Under the pieces are notes generated by a model that saw only the letters and a list, made by a program, of their open reading frames with translations, made no database searches and was not told where the DNA came from. Positions 12,408 through 24,934 of a DNA stretch of 64,000 nucleotides are shown one piece after another (position 1 is the first letter of the stretch; each line of letters starts with the position of its first letter). The translations under genes and the position numbers were made by a program. Source of the stretch: Macrostomum hystrix (Eukaryota > Animalia > Platyhelminthes); the NCBI GenBank assembly GCA_950097015.1, contig CATNEN010000026.1:620001-684000 (forward strand), in the 5' to 3' direction.

Positions 12408-15400
12408 ATGCCCGACTATCCGCTGTATCGCGAGCTGCGCGACTGCATGACAGAGCGAGATCGCAACCGTCACGGCGTCAACTATCGAGAGGAAGATCTG
12501 ATTGAAGATCAGCAGAGAACGGCCCGGCTGCCAAAGCTGCCAGTTGTGGCTTCGCCGAGACCGCACGATCAGGTTTGCTCTGATTGGCTGATAGCCGATT
12601 AAAAATGCCACCCCACCTCCTCAACCCATCTACGAAGTATGCTTTTATTCGCTGATAGCTTTCATTCCATTAGTTTCTAAGCTTAAAGTTCTACAGCTTA
12701 GATGATAGCGTTTTGGCCTCAAGAGCCTTTTCTCTGAATGAGCACTAGAGAATAAGTATAAAATAGAGAGAAAGTAATATTCTTATTGATTCCTGTGTAC
12801 ATTGCCATGTACGTAGCTAAGTCTGACTGGATCCTCCATGTGTCAGTCGCATGCAGAGGCTGACAACCTTTCTCCCTAAATCACAAGCCTAAAAGCTGTT
12901 GAATTCGCTTTCCTAAGACGATAGGGAGCGCTAAAGTTGGGACATTGGACGTTGGGACTTTGGACGTTGGGACTTTGGACGTTGGGACTTTGGACGTTGG
13001 GACTTTGGAAGTTGGGACTTTGGACGTTGTAATGGTTGGCTGAATGTTTCACCATCCAGTTTTTTGCTGTTGCTGTTTGCTGCAACATTGTGGTAGAGAC
13101 GATGGTTAAGAACATTGTAGATCGTTCCAGAATTGCTAATAGCTTCTGAGTTTGAAGTCGTCATCGAGATTGAAGAAGCACGTTGCGAAGTCGAACTCAA
13201 TGAAAAATGTGGCGAAGTTATGGAGCGGTTGGTGTCCTTCAGGGGCTCTAAGCATCTCGTGTTCCTTGCTGCTGTGTTGTATTGTGTGCCTGCATTGGTT
13301 GGGCCGAGCATAGATCTGACTGTAATATATAAAATATGTCCGAGGACGTTGACATCGTCTTGAAATCGGAGATTGCTATTGGCGCGCCATACGGAGCGGA
13401 CACTCATGCAGGGACGGACGTGCTTCCAGTTGTTAGAGCCCTGGTTCTGGTGAGCTACTTTTATATTAAAATGGCCAACGTAAGTGATAGATTACATGGG
13501 TATTCGGATGTAAATTCTATATAGATTTCTAACCTATGCTACATTCTAAAAGGATTTAGAATTTTAGTCCAACGAAAGTCAAACTAAGAAGAAACGAGAG
13601 CCAACGACATGAAATGGCGTGAGCTGTAGTATGAGGAGGCAATTTTAGCTGAGGTGGCTTGGGAACGTCGTCATGACGAATCAATAAGCGCAATTAGAGA
13701 ATCAACATAAGAGAAGTGAGTGCTGAGGCCGATGTGCGTGGGAACGAGAGAGGGATCACGCAGTCCTAGCGTGCGGGAAACGATTCAGTCATTTTTAACT
13801 CGCAAGTACTACAATTTAGAGTTAAGGTCGAATTCCAAGGTCAAATTCTTCTTCCAGTCATGGTGCCGTGGCCTGTTTCTCGCGCCCTTGCGAACTTGGG
13901 ACTTTACTCCGTCACAATATGTTTTACTTTTACGTACTTTTAAACTTCCATCGCAATCAATAACTGTGCATTAACAGTGTTTTCCGTTAGACTGCCTATG
14001 GTACCACCTACCTATGAGAAAAGGCACGCAGTTGACACGTGATGCACTGTACGTTTATTATATCTCTCTATCCATTCCGGAGCCTTCCTCTCTCATTGGA
14101 CTGAAGCCCAGCCCCTTCATGGCCGGTGCATTTTGTTTAAATAGACACAAGCAGATTTGACAGAGCCTCACTGCTCCGGATCCGCAGAATCCGCCGCTGC
14201 ATCTGCAGTTCGGTCCGAGATCAACGGGCTACGATGACGCGCACAAGGCCTACCTGAAGCAAACCCGCGGCTCGATCACTGACCGGTGAGCGGCGGCGTT
14301 ATTGTTTATTTTAATGCGCAATCGCTCTACTGTCAGTAGGCGAAATGCAAACATGCATCCTTTTTTGCTGTTGCAATTCGCTATCTGACGCGGGTGCAAG
14401 GATGCGAGAGCTGTTTTATTGCGGTGACTGCCGAGGGTTCTGTTTTGTTCGGCAGGAGCCCTGATTACCTCTATTTTCCTCCGAGGGTCCGGCAAGTCTA
14501 AGCGGCTCTGCGGCTGCTGCGAGAAGCCGAGGCCCTGTCGGGGCTGGGCCGCGCCGCCCCGCCCGTTTGCCCCGACGGGCGGCTGGCGGGCGCCGCGGGC
14601 GGCCGGCCGTCGCCGCTCTTTGGCGAGCGCCGGCTACTGCAGGCCGGAGCTTCCTCTGAGCGGCGGCGGTCCAGGCCGTCCGCGGCGCCCGCGAGCCGCC
14701 CGTCGGGCTCCTGTTGGCGGCGGTGGCGCGGCCCGGCCCCGGCGAGCGCGGCCTCCCGACTCCGCAGGGCCCGCCAGCTTTGTGCCGGCCCCGGGGGACA
14801 AGGCTCGGCGCCGCTCTATCTCAGCTTTCGCGGACTTGCACCCGCTCCTGTATCATTATTCCCAACCCGCAGGCTGCAGCCGAGGCTGCGAAATGGAAAG
14901 GGCGGCTCCACCTGGCGACACCTGAAATTCCCGATGCAGCCAGACGGTCAGAGGACTCAGTTTTTGGATGGTGAGGTTTTGAAACTAGTCTGTATCTACT
15001 TTAGTCCCATTTCAAATCCCTACATCTGATCCCATTTCTTCCAAATCTCTACATCTGATCCCACTTCTTCATAATCTCTACATCTGATCCCATTTCTTCC
15101 CAATCTGTGCATCTGATCCCACTTCTTCCTAATCGGCATCTTTATTTGACACCTTTTCTCTCAGTCCCATCTCCAACAGTCCTAAATATCAATCCAACAG
15201 GCCAGGTATCTCTGGCCGACGCCTACAAGCGCCAGCTTGCCCAGCAACCTGAGCTGCTTGAACAGCATCGGCAGCAGCAGCAGCGAGTGGCCAACGCCGC
15301 TTCTGAGAGGTTCGCGCGGCAGGTGTACGGTAAGTAGCCCCAGATTCCAGATGGGATATCAGAGATGGGATGGCGGAGATAGGATGGCGGGGAAAGGGTA

Positions 15401-15957
15401 TTGGAGATGGGGTGTGGGGTGGGGGAGATGGGCTGGCGAGATGGGGCGGCGGAGATGGGTTGGCGGTGATGGGGTATCAGAGATGGGGTGGCGGAGATGG
15501 GGTGGCGGAGGTGGGTGCTTTATATAGTCAATCAGCTGCATGCATTCTGAGCCAAATATGTCACCAAAATTTCTCTCAGCCAATGAAGCAGCCGAGACTG
15601 CCAATCGAGTCAGGCAATACGACACATCTCTCCTTATATTTTGAGCCGATGTGCCGACTTTAGCGGGTAAAAATAAACGCTTATCGCAATGAACAATGCA
15701 TTTAGTCAGGCTTTCTATTTAAGCCTAGCAAAGCTTATGTCATAAGCCCCACTGTACATAAATTCAATCTTATTTCTCTTCTAACACTGAGTCAATAATT
15801 ATTGCTATCTTACGCAGGTCGTTATTTCTTAAAAGGTTCTATCAAGTTTCTTATATTTCGTCGATCTAAGTGACTCCCTCCCAATTTCGCAGACATCAAC
15901 AGGCGCCCTACAGCCAAGCGTGGCATGGAGTACAACAACTGGCTTGTGATGCGCTAA
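12408..15957 (+). CDS. Uncharacterised 192-aa protein, probably ciliary; exons 12408-12572, 14164-14285, 14873-14970, 15201-15329, 15893-15957
   Basis: Five GC-rich exons join in frame through GT-AG introns (phases 0,2,1,1), total 579 nt. AATAAA follows at about 15979. A perfect X-box lies 140 bp upstream of the ATG. No family recognised. Confidence 0.78.
12933..13030. repeat. 15-bp array (TTGGGACTTTGGACG)
   Basis: About 6 copies. Confidence 0.85.
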
Positions 15958-17084
15958 GGACCATTGTTAACGTAAATTAATAAATTTGCCAGACAGAAGG
16001 ACTAGCTTATAGGACTGCTTATCTGGCTTAACCAAATATGTAGTTAACTTATACTTTTACTAACTCGTACTTTAATTTTCCAAAGATTTAACAGATTTAT
16101 TTGTTTTATCCAATGGGCCAACTAAAATTCAGCTAATTTAATTTGCTTTAACAAAGTTTCTTGGCATTCTTTAAAACATATATGCCTATGTTTTTGTTGT
16201 ATTTTGTCAGATATTAAGTGTGATAAAAATAAATAAAATTATTTTTTCTGAACTTTTTTAACAACAACCGAAACGATAAATATAAGTTTCTATATTTTTA
16301 AAATGACGTCATTTCCATTGTAAAAGTGCTTTTTGGAACGGAAAGACGAAATCACTTTTTAAACAGATTTGGTTCTCTTCGGGTTAAAATCATTTCTAAG
16401 ACTGTCGTTAAAATCTACATTTGTGTGTATTTAAAGTATGCTTTCAAAAGAATAATAAATTGAATGAGCAGTTAAAATTAGAAAACCAAATTCACTTAGA
16501 AGTTATTATTAAAACTATATCATTTATCTTGAGGAAGTAATTTAAAAATAAAATAAATTAAAGTATTATAGACAAACGAAATACATTGGCTGTTAAATCA
16601 CGTTAGAATCATGGAATAATAAATATATTGTTAAAAAATATGCACATGCATAAAAATAAAAAGTTTCTAAAGTTCATAACAATAATAATAATAATGTAAA
16701 CATGTTTCGATTCGACAGTTAAAAACCAAAGCTAAACACTTAGTATATTTAGCTTAGTACGAGTATTTAGTAAACACTATAAACACTTATCAGCAAAGTA
16801 CATTTAGAAGAACTGAACTTTAAGGTTTAATTTTCCAGCTTTGTTTGCTCGTAACGAAAACCGGTTGCTACTCGTAATTTCAATGAATTCGGGGCAGACC
16901 GCATGGCATCATCGGATGATTGTCGCCAGCTGATAAAACTGTCAGAGCGTCCAAGGTCACCGTTCTGCAATTTCCACAGTTTTCATTGGCTGACTGTCTG
17001 CTGACTGACTGAGCGAATAGAGGTAGATATAAAAAGCTTATAGGAATTATACCTAGCCCAGTTAAGCCAGGTTGTACAGCCAGT

Positions 17085-17165
17085 GGTACAGCCAGGTGTA
17101 CAGCCAGGTGTACAGCCAGGTGTACAGCCAGGTGTACAGTCAGGTGTACAGCCAGTGGTACAGCC
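17085..17165. repeat. 12-bp array (GTACAGCCAGGT)
   Basis: About 6 copies. Confidence 0.85.
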
Positions 17166-17380
17166 ACAGCAATTGCGCGGCGCTTCCAAAGCCTGTGTCA
17201 GCTGTTCAGTCCATGGACTGGGGAGGCTGCCTGCCTACTCCCTTGTGCTAAGATTCGAACTTCCGACCTCTTAGTCTGCAGTAGTCCGTTGCTCTAAACA
17301 CTGCACACTTGTGACTGAGCTGACACTTTCCACTAAATGGGGTAATTATGGCAAAATACTAATTGCAAGGCTACAATCTC

Positions 17381-17670
17381 TTGTAGCCTTGTGGTTCGAG
17401 CATCGGATCACGACTTGAAGGTCGGGGGTTCGATTCCTGACTCCACTGGAACAATTTGTGTACTTAAGCAAGACACTTAACTCTTCATTCCTACAGTTCA
17501 CCCAGCTGTTAAACTGGTACCACCATTAGCTGGGGTGCTTGAGGGTGGGTGTGGCGTCCCCCCAGTCCATGGACTTAAAAGATGTACGCAGCTTCAGATG
17601 TGCCGCGCAATAGCTGCGGCTGTGCTGTCGGCTGCACATCTGTCCCAATTGGGGCAGGTGTAATCAATAT
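17381..17670 (+). mobile_element. tRNA-derived CORE-like SINE, family B
   Basis: Box B GGTTCGATTCC, followed by gcaagacacttaac..cagttcacccagctgttaaa, which resembles the MIR/CORE domain. Four copies in the window. Confidence 0.75.
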
Positions 17671-17707
17671 ATACAACACAATAAATATAAGGCTAAACTT
17701 TCTTTTC

Positions 17708-20700
17708 TCACCTGGCTTCCGTTTCCATGGCAACGCCTCCAATCACAGCCGGCGCCGCCGACGTCGGCGCATCCTCCCACGCGGTGGACAGTCGGAAATC
17801 CCTCGGCAGCCCGGGACAGCCTCGCTGTCCGAGTCGGCGGCATTCGGCCAGCTGGCGTCGCAGCTGCTCCGGGCCTGCCAGAGCGCCGGCGAACATGATG
17901 CGGCCCTGCCGGTAGATCAGGGCGTCTCCCGCCCGCAGGTTGTGCCGCACCAGCAGAGCCGGATAGGTGCAGTCCGTGGTGGTGGCCGCTGCGCCGAGGT
18001 CATAGGCCAGCATGCGGAATGGGTCACGTGACGCGGCGGGGCAGGGCGCCGCGGTGCCGCGCCGTCGGTCCCGATTGGCCGAAGCGTACTGCCGCAGCAG
18101 TGAAACTGCGCGTCGGCCAGCCTCGGTGGCTGCATCGGCGTCCGGGTTCGTTACCATGACAACCAACAGCTGGTCTGGATTTCGTCGACCCTGCGCCTCA
18201 ACGAAAGCGTCAATCTCCAGATCCGTCACGCCGGGGACCTTGGGAAGCGGTTGTTGAGGAATTGTGGACATCGATTCCAATTCTGTTAACAGATGGGAGC
18301 GCGAGATGCTCACCTGAAGTCCACATCCGCACCTGTTCAAGCTAGCAAATGCGGCAATCCCGGAAGCCGTAGACATCAGCAGATGCCGGGCCGTAACCGG
18401 GCAGGCCGCGAGTTCCAAGGCCTCCATAAGCGACGCCGCCACCGCGCTGACTGCCATCGGGCCAGAAGGTGGCGCCGATTGTCGAAGCCCGGCAACGGTT
18501 GTTGGCGGTGCCGATGGCAGGCGCGGCGGCGGCTGCGCTGAACGACGCCCAGCGGTCTCGCGACGACGCGGCGCCGTCGCCGGAGCTGCCGACTGCACCG
18601 GCCTCGGCGTTGTCGACTGGATTGGCGTCGGCGTCAGCGGCGGCTGCTGCTGCTGCTGCGGCAGAGCCAAAACGAGCCGCTGCCTGTACGCCTCCAGCCA
18701 GGAGTCGCAGATGCCCCGAATGCGGACCCGCATCTCCTCGAGGTCAGGGTCACGCACTGTCAGATCGCCGCCAATCGATCCGAGAGCCGACGATCCAGAG
18801 GCTTCTGTGGCGCCGGACTTGGCCGAGTCCTGGAAGCGACGATAGGCAGTAAAGATGCCAGGGTACAATCTAAACTTAACCCTCCGCCTCACTTCCCCCT
18901 CACTCTGTGATGTATATCAGCAAGCTGCCGTCCTTACCCTCACTCTGTGATGCACATTAGCGATCCGCCACCCTCACCCCTCACTCTGGGATGTACATTA
19001 GCAAGCTGCCGCCCTTACCCCTCACTCTGGGATGTACATTAGCAAGCTGCCGCCCTTTCCCCTCACTCTGGGATGTACATTAGCAAGCTGCCGCCCTTTC
19101 CCCTCACTCTGGGATGTACATTAGCAAGCTGCCGCCCTTTCCCCTCACTCTGGGATGTACATTTGCAAGCCGCCGATTTTCCCCTCACTCTAGGAGTCTA
19201 GGGTGTACATACATTAAACTAATTTACACACTAAGCTGTTATCTACTTACCGGAGGTCGCCTAGCCTGCTGATACTGTTGCTGCTGCTGCTGCAACTGCT
19301 GCTGCTGCTGTTGCTGCTTTCGCATCTGTTTTGCCTTGGCAACCAACCGTTTGGCTGTTTCAGATTTCCAGGGGATCGTCTCTCGGTCGCCGTCAAGTTT
19401 TAGTGAATCGCTTAGTCCAATCTAGTGTGCGTGAATTTTTTGTGAAATTGCAAAGGCTCATTGTGATAAACTACTGAAGTATAAGCTAGTTTTAACAATC
19501 CGAATTCAAAGAATGTGACAGATATGACTTCCAAACAGGAAACATGCACATTGACGCTTGTAAAATAGTTAAACTAGTCCCCACTTCCGCTCGTGAATCA
19601 CATACGACTACTGTGACTACTTAGTGAACTGAAAAAAAAATACAATTCCTAACTCCAAACATCTCAAAACTTTTAGGATCCAATATTTTCAGAAGCTCAA
19701 CTAAAACTGCCCTCAAATTTCCTTTTAATTTTACTCCTGGATCTCCATCTATCCCTCAATTCTCAGATCCCTAAATTCGCACGTCTATGAATTTTCAAAT
19801 CCTGAATTCTCAGATCCCTGAATTCTCTGATCCTGAATTCTCAGGTCCTGAATTCTCTGATCCTGAATTCTCTGATCTTGAATTCTCAGATCCTGAATTC
19901 TCAGATCCCTGAATTCTCAGATCTCTGAATTCTCTGATCCTGAATTCTCTGATCCCTAACTTCCTAAAACCCGAAATTCTCAAATCATCAACTTCAAAGT
20001 TTTCTAACTTCCGAGATCCCGAAATTTTCATGCCACAAGCTTCATAGACCCCAATTTAAACAAAGTCAATTTAAACAAAGTCAATTTAAACAAAGTCAAT
20101 TTAAACAAAGTCCGTAGACACGGAAAAAGGCTTTGAAGATGACGGTCAGTTCACTCGCATCAGGAAATTACTCTCGGACCAGTCCGAAAGTGCAGCGATA
20201 GGGGCAAGTAAAACGCGAATGTAGCACAACAGTTACTTTAACATTGCGACTTACAAACTGATGTGAGAACCTTGGGACCACTAGCACCTGGCAACAACCT
20301 TGATTAGACAGAGAAGCAATTTATATTTACTGGCACGTAGGTTGAAAATATCGCGGCGAGAAACAAATAAAATGTTAAATATAACACATATTTGAGTGAT
20401 CTACGTTCTAATTTGCGCCAAAGTCATCATGCATGTTAAAACAAAAAAGTATTTCGTTTAGTTTTAAATTTTCGTTTAATAAAAATAAATCGAACTAATC
20501 GTTTTTCTTGTTTTCCTAACTGTTAACATATATTTTGTTTTACTTCACTCTTCGGCGCGAATTGAAATGCAAAGTTATAATTTTAATGCCTCACCAGCAG
20601 GTTGCCATGGCGATCAGTGCAGCGCTGCCGGACGCTGGCCTCCCGCTCAGTGCTGAAGCTGGCGGCGAGTTGAACTGAGCGACCTTCCGCCTGGAAGGTG

Positions 20701-23700
20701 AAGATCATATCGGCACGGCCGGCGCAGACAAAGGTGAGGCAAGCATTTAGGCGCACCTGCAGATTGATTGGCAGCTTGGCGCGCGGATCCGAAGGCCAGG
20801 TGAATCGCTTCTGTACTCGGCCGGTTATCGGGTCCTGCGGATGTGCGAATTATTCTAAATCTGTGAGGCTTCTGTAGGTTATAACAGCCCGAATTTCAAA
20901 TCTAATCCCCCAGTTCCCTGTTTAACGATACCAAATCCCTCATCGAAAGAGAGAATTAACAGATTTTGAATCTGAAATCCCACATTCTAGTTCTGAATTT
21001 TCGGATTCCTCATCCGAAATTTTAAAATACCAGATTCCAAATACCAGATTCCAAATACTAGATTCCAAATACCAGATTCCAAATACTAGATTCCAAATCC
21101 CAGATTCCAAATACTAGATTCCAAATCCCAGATTCCAAATCCCAGATTCCAAATCCCAGATTCCAAATCCCAGATTCCAAATCCCAGATTACAAATCCCA
21201 GATTCCAAATCCCAGATTCCAAATCCCAGATTCCAAATCCCAGATTCCAAATCCCAGATTCCAAATCCCAGATTCCAAATCCCAGATTCCAAATCCCAGA
21301 TTCCAAATCCCAGATTCCAAATCCCAGATTCCAAATCCCAGATTCCAAATCCCAGATTCCAAATCCCAGATTCCAAATCCCAGATTCCAAATCCCAGATT
21401 CCAAATCCCAGATTCCAAATCCCAGATTCCAAATCCCAGATTCCAAATCCCAGATTCCAAATCCCAGATTCCAAATCCCATGCTCCCTGACCTGCAGCTG
21501 CGCCACTGCCTGTGTGCAGGTGAACATGGACTCGGTGGCATCAACTGAGCGCACAAAGCCACAGGCGGAGGCGTTGAAGGCGGCCAGCAGGTGGACGCCC
21601 TGTCTCTCGACAGAATCGTTCAATGCCAGCACGCAGCCAGACCAGCCGCAGGCGAGCAGAGCCGGACAGCCGGACGGGTAGAGAACAACGGCGCCACCAT
21701 CGGGTAGGCGGCACTGGACCAGTCGGCCACCGCCGAGGCTCTGATAGCGAGCAGGTAGCCTGACCATCAACAGGTGGTGCAGCGCCGCTTCGTCGGCTGA
21801 AATCGCCGCTGCCGCCGCTGCCGCGGCAGCTAACGCGGCCGCTTGGTGAGCAGCAGCTTTGCCAGACGCTGCCGGCTGCGGCGTCGGCGCGAGCAGCGGC
21901 TGCAGGACCGCCTCGCGCATCGCGTCCCAGTCCGTCTTGAAGCGTCGCCGAAGTAAGCGCGCCTCCTCCTCTGTCAGCAGAGGAGTTGAAAAGGAGGCGG
22001 CGCCGGCGGAGGCGGCTGCTTCAACTAGGCGGTCAACGAAGGCGCGTCTGGCGCCAACGTCGGGTGGCGCCACCGGCCGCGGAAGCAGGGTGTCCGGGTC
22101 CACCAGCTCGGCCGGTTGCAGGCGTCGAGGACGAGGCGGACGGTAGGATGGCGCCCCGGCTGCGTAGAACTGTAACTCAAGCTGCTGCTGCTGAGACGAG
22201 CGCTGGTCGGCCGTTCGAGCTCTGAAGTTGTTAAAAAATTGTATTGTCTGGTCAAGACAGATCACAGCACTGACACATCATTTGGTGACAGTAAAAACCA
22301 GCCAGCGAGGAGGAAATTCTGCCAATTCCGCTGACAAGCTAAGGTTAGTAAAAACCGAAATCAACACGCTCCCTCACCCGGTTGAGTGTCCAGCCAGCCG
22401 CAGTTTAACTAGCGCGCTCTGCAGTTTATCCTCGATAAGCCGCTGATTGAAGTTCTGGAGCCAGCCGTTCTTTAGCGACTCCTTGGAGGTCAGGGAGAAG
22501 GACAGCGTGTCGGTGGGGTGGGCGTGCTCGGCGGTCTTCGGCGGATTGCCAGCCGCCGCGTGCTCCGGGCCCTCCGCAATGACCTGCTCGTGGAGGGGTC
22601 CGCCGCGAGATCGAGCGGACTTTTTCCCTGCGGCTGCTGCGGAGGCGGCCGGTGTTGACGCGGCAGCAGAGGAAGCGGCCCCGGCAGCCGTCCCAGATGG
22701 CGCAACTCCGACAATGCGCGCCGTGCGTCGCTCCCCTGACACGGCGTCGCCAGAAGCTGAGGCCGTTCTGGACGCGCCGCCGGCGATGCGAGTTCTTGAG
22801 CCGTCGCGCATCAGCAGGCTGTCATTCTCGGCGCGCTGGGCGGCGCGTCGAGCCTCACGATCGGCGTCCTCGGCCTGACGGCGGCGGCTCTCCTCCAGAC
22901 AGGCCGGCGTCTGCCACTGCCGGTGCTCCTGATGTGAGATTCACATCACATTCACTTGAGGTTTTTCGAAAATGCGCAAATTACTCTACTCATAGTAGGT
23001 CTCGTTGGAAGTTTAGATTTTTTGTTGCAACAAGCTTTCGAATCCAACTGGCCTACATTAATTTTGAGATGGAATGCTTCATGCAGGAAGACATCCGACT
23101 TCGACGCACTGAGCACTGCAGTGCCACTGAATTGTCAAAGAAAACTAGAAATTAATGATAATGGTATTCTCCAGGCTGAGTTGCCCAAGAATATCCATGA
23201 GGGACTCACCTGATTCAATTTCCTAGGTCAGTATTGTCCACATGGGATCCCCAAATGTATTCCGAATCTGGGATTCCCTCATTTAGGATTCCCCAAGTTG
23301 GGATTTCCCCAGTTGGGATTCCCAATCTAGTATTCCCAAGCGAGATTCCCCACCTGCTTGCAGTCGGATGTGAGCTGGGTCCAGGCCTCGCACAGGCGCA
23401 GCTCCATGTAGCGCGGCAGTTGAGCAAACTGGCGACGATTGGCGCGGGCGCCTGCACCGACAGCCGGCGCCAGACTGTCGAGCGCGTCGCCTAGCCGTCC
23501 CAGCAGGCCGGTGCTCTCTAGTCGCCACGCGTTGTAAACCCGCCGCTGTTCGTCCCAGTCCTCAACGACCGCGGGCAGGATTTCACCGACGGCCGACTCG
23601 TCCAGCTTCGCCGGTTCCGACATCTGCAGAGCGCCGCTAACTGGCACGGGAGAGACAATGTCGGGATCGGCGACTGAACTGGCCAGCGAAGCCGATGAGA

Positions 23701-23926
23701 CCAGACGCTGCTGTTGCTGTTGTTGAATGCTGCCAATGCGGGCCATTGGGGGCAGCTCGTCTGGCGATTTCTTAGTCCGGCGCTGGCCAGCGCGCGGATG
23801 TCGCTGCTGAAAGAAAAGGAAGCTGCAGTCCGGCCGCTGGTGCCGCTTCGCCGATTGGCGCTGCTGACGGCTGCTGCCGACGCCGCTGATGCCGCTAACC
23901 GCGCTCTTTCTGGCGACTGCGTGCAT
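17708..23926 (-). CDS. C3orf20: C3orf20-like FAM194-domain protein, about 1128 aa; exons 23926-23354, 22928-22378, 22221-21492, 20834-20595, 19421-19251, 18829-17708
   Basis: FAM194-type segment VVLYPSGCPA..LLAAFNASACGF..FTWP..QVRLNACLTF..MIFTFQAEG. C-terminal LLVVMV..CP..DPFRMLAYDL..LLVRHNL..LIYRQGRIMFA..LPRDFRL resembles C3orf20. GT-AG introns with consistent phases (0,2,0,0,0). Confidence 0.75.
18893..19192. repeat. 41-bp minisatellite
   Basis: ccctcactctgggatgtacattagcaagctgccgccc unit, about 7 copies, in C3orf20-like intron 5. Confidence 0.9.
19790..19955. repeat. 15/16-bp array (CTGAATTCTCAGATC)
   Basis: Tandem copies. Confidence 0.85.
21028..21480. repeat. 14-bp minisatellite (GATTCCAAATCCCA)
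   Basis: About 32 copies, starting 11 bp from the exon 3 donor of the C3orf20-like gene. Confidence 0.96.
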
Positions 23927-24934
23927 GCTGCTTCTCGCCAGCTGTCTCTTCTGTCCTTAAGGCCAAGGTTAGCTGCCTCTCTGATTCTTGCTTGCAGATT
24001 GCTGCAAAGAAATATTATTTAATTATTTAATTCATATTTGAAAAAATAGCAAAATAACCTCAGAATTTCCGAGTAGATATGTGTACTTTGTAAAGAAAGA
24101 AAAATATACTAAGCCTTCTTGCCTTAGACATCTGTAACAAAAACTTTCCTTAGAGATGAGATGAAACTTTGCGTTTTAAAGTTACAGTATAATGAAATTT
24201 TTGCCTAGCTCCAAAAGAAAAATGATTACTGCTTTCGACGAATAAATATACAAGACAATGTATATATATTTTAATTATTAACAATTTACCTTTACAACTT
24301 TACAGTTGTAAAAGACTTTTACAGCTAGATAAGCAAATAGAAGAACAGTAAAAAAACTGAAAAGTTACATATTTTATGTAAAAAATCTATAAAACTGACT
24401 GTTTACTGTCTAAAAACGTAGAACATATGTCCTAAAAAATTACCTAATAAAAATAGCAATCGCGAATCACATTTAAAATCCAATTTTCCTATTAGACAAA
24501 GAAAGTCCAAAATAATATTAAATTATATTCAAATTTGCAATTTATAATAATCTATTGACTTTTATAGATTTTATTGATATTTTCTATTCAAGCAGCTCTT
24601 AGATCTTCTCTCAATATCATATATTAGTATCATCGTAAAAATGCGCAACCACCTCGTATTTTAAAAACGCGTAGCATACTTTTTAATGTTGCGACTAGCA
24701 ACAACTGTGATACGACATGTCTACATTATTTCGGTGCACAGTAAATGTATATCAGTTCCAACGACTATGCTTAAATAACTTCCAGAGCATTTTTAGTGGG
24801 TCTGATGTAGAAAATTTGCTTTACTGTGAAACAATTTTACTTTTAAAGTAATAAGGTTTCCTTGAAATCATAGTTTCCGATTTCTTTGTGTTGCAAATTT
24901 TATCTCTGGTTGCGCGCGAATCATTATTGGCAAA

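Noticed and set aside
12931-13524. ORFs in intron 1 of the X-box gene as a Mutator-like remnant
   Set aside because: No catalytic motif or matching inverted end could be identified. Left as an unassigned insertion.
17381-17445. tRNA genes at the heads at 17381, 25543, 51085, 57462, 4572 and 51478
   Set aside because: Box A/B motifs are present, but there is no complete cloverleaf and the sequences continue into shared SINE bodies.
18283-18332. Short intron inside the last C3orf20-like exon
   Set aside because: The candidate donors (18332, 18313) and acceptor (18283) are phase-incompatible and the frame is open through the region.
21058-21491. GIWNLGFGIWDLES repeat proteins
   Set aside because: Translation of the 14-bp intronic array beyond the donor at 21491.
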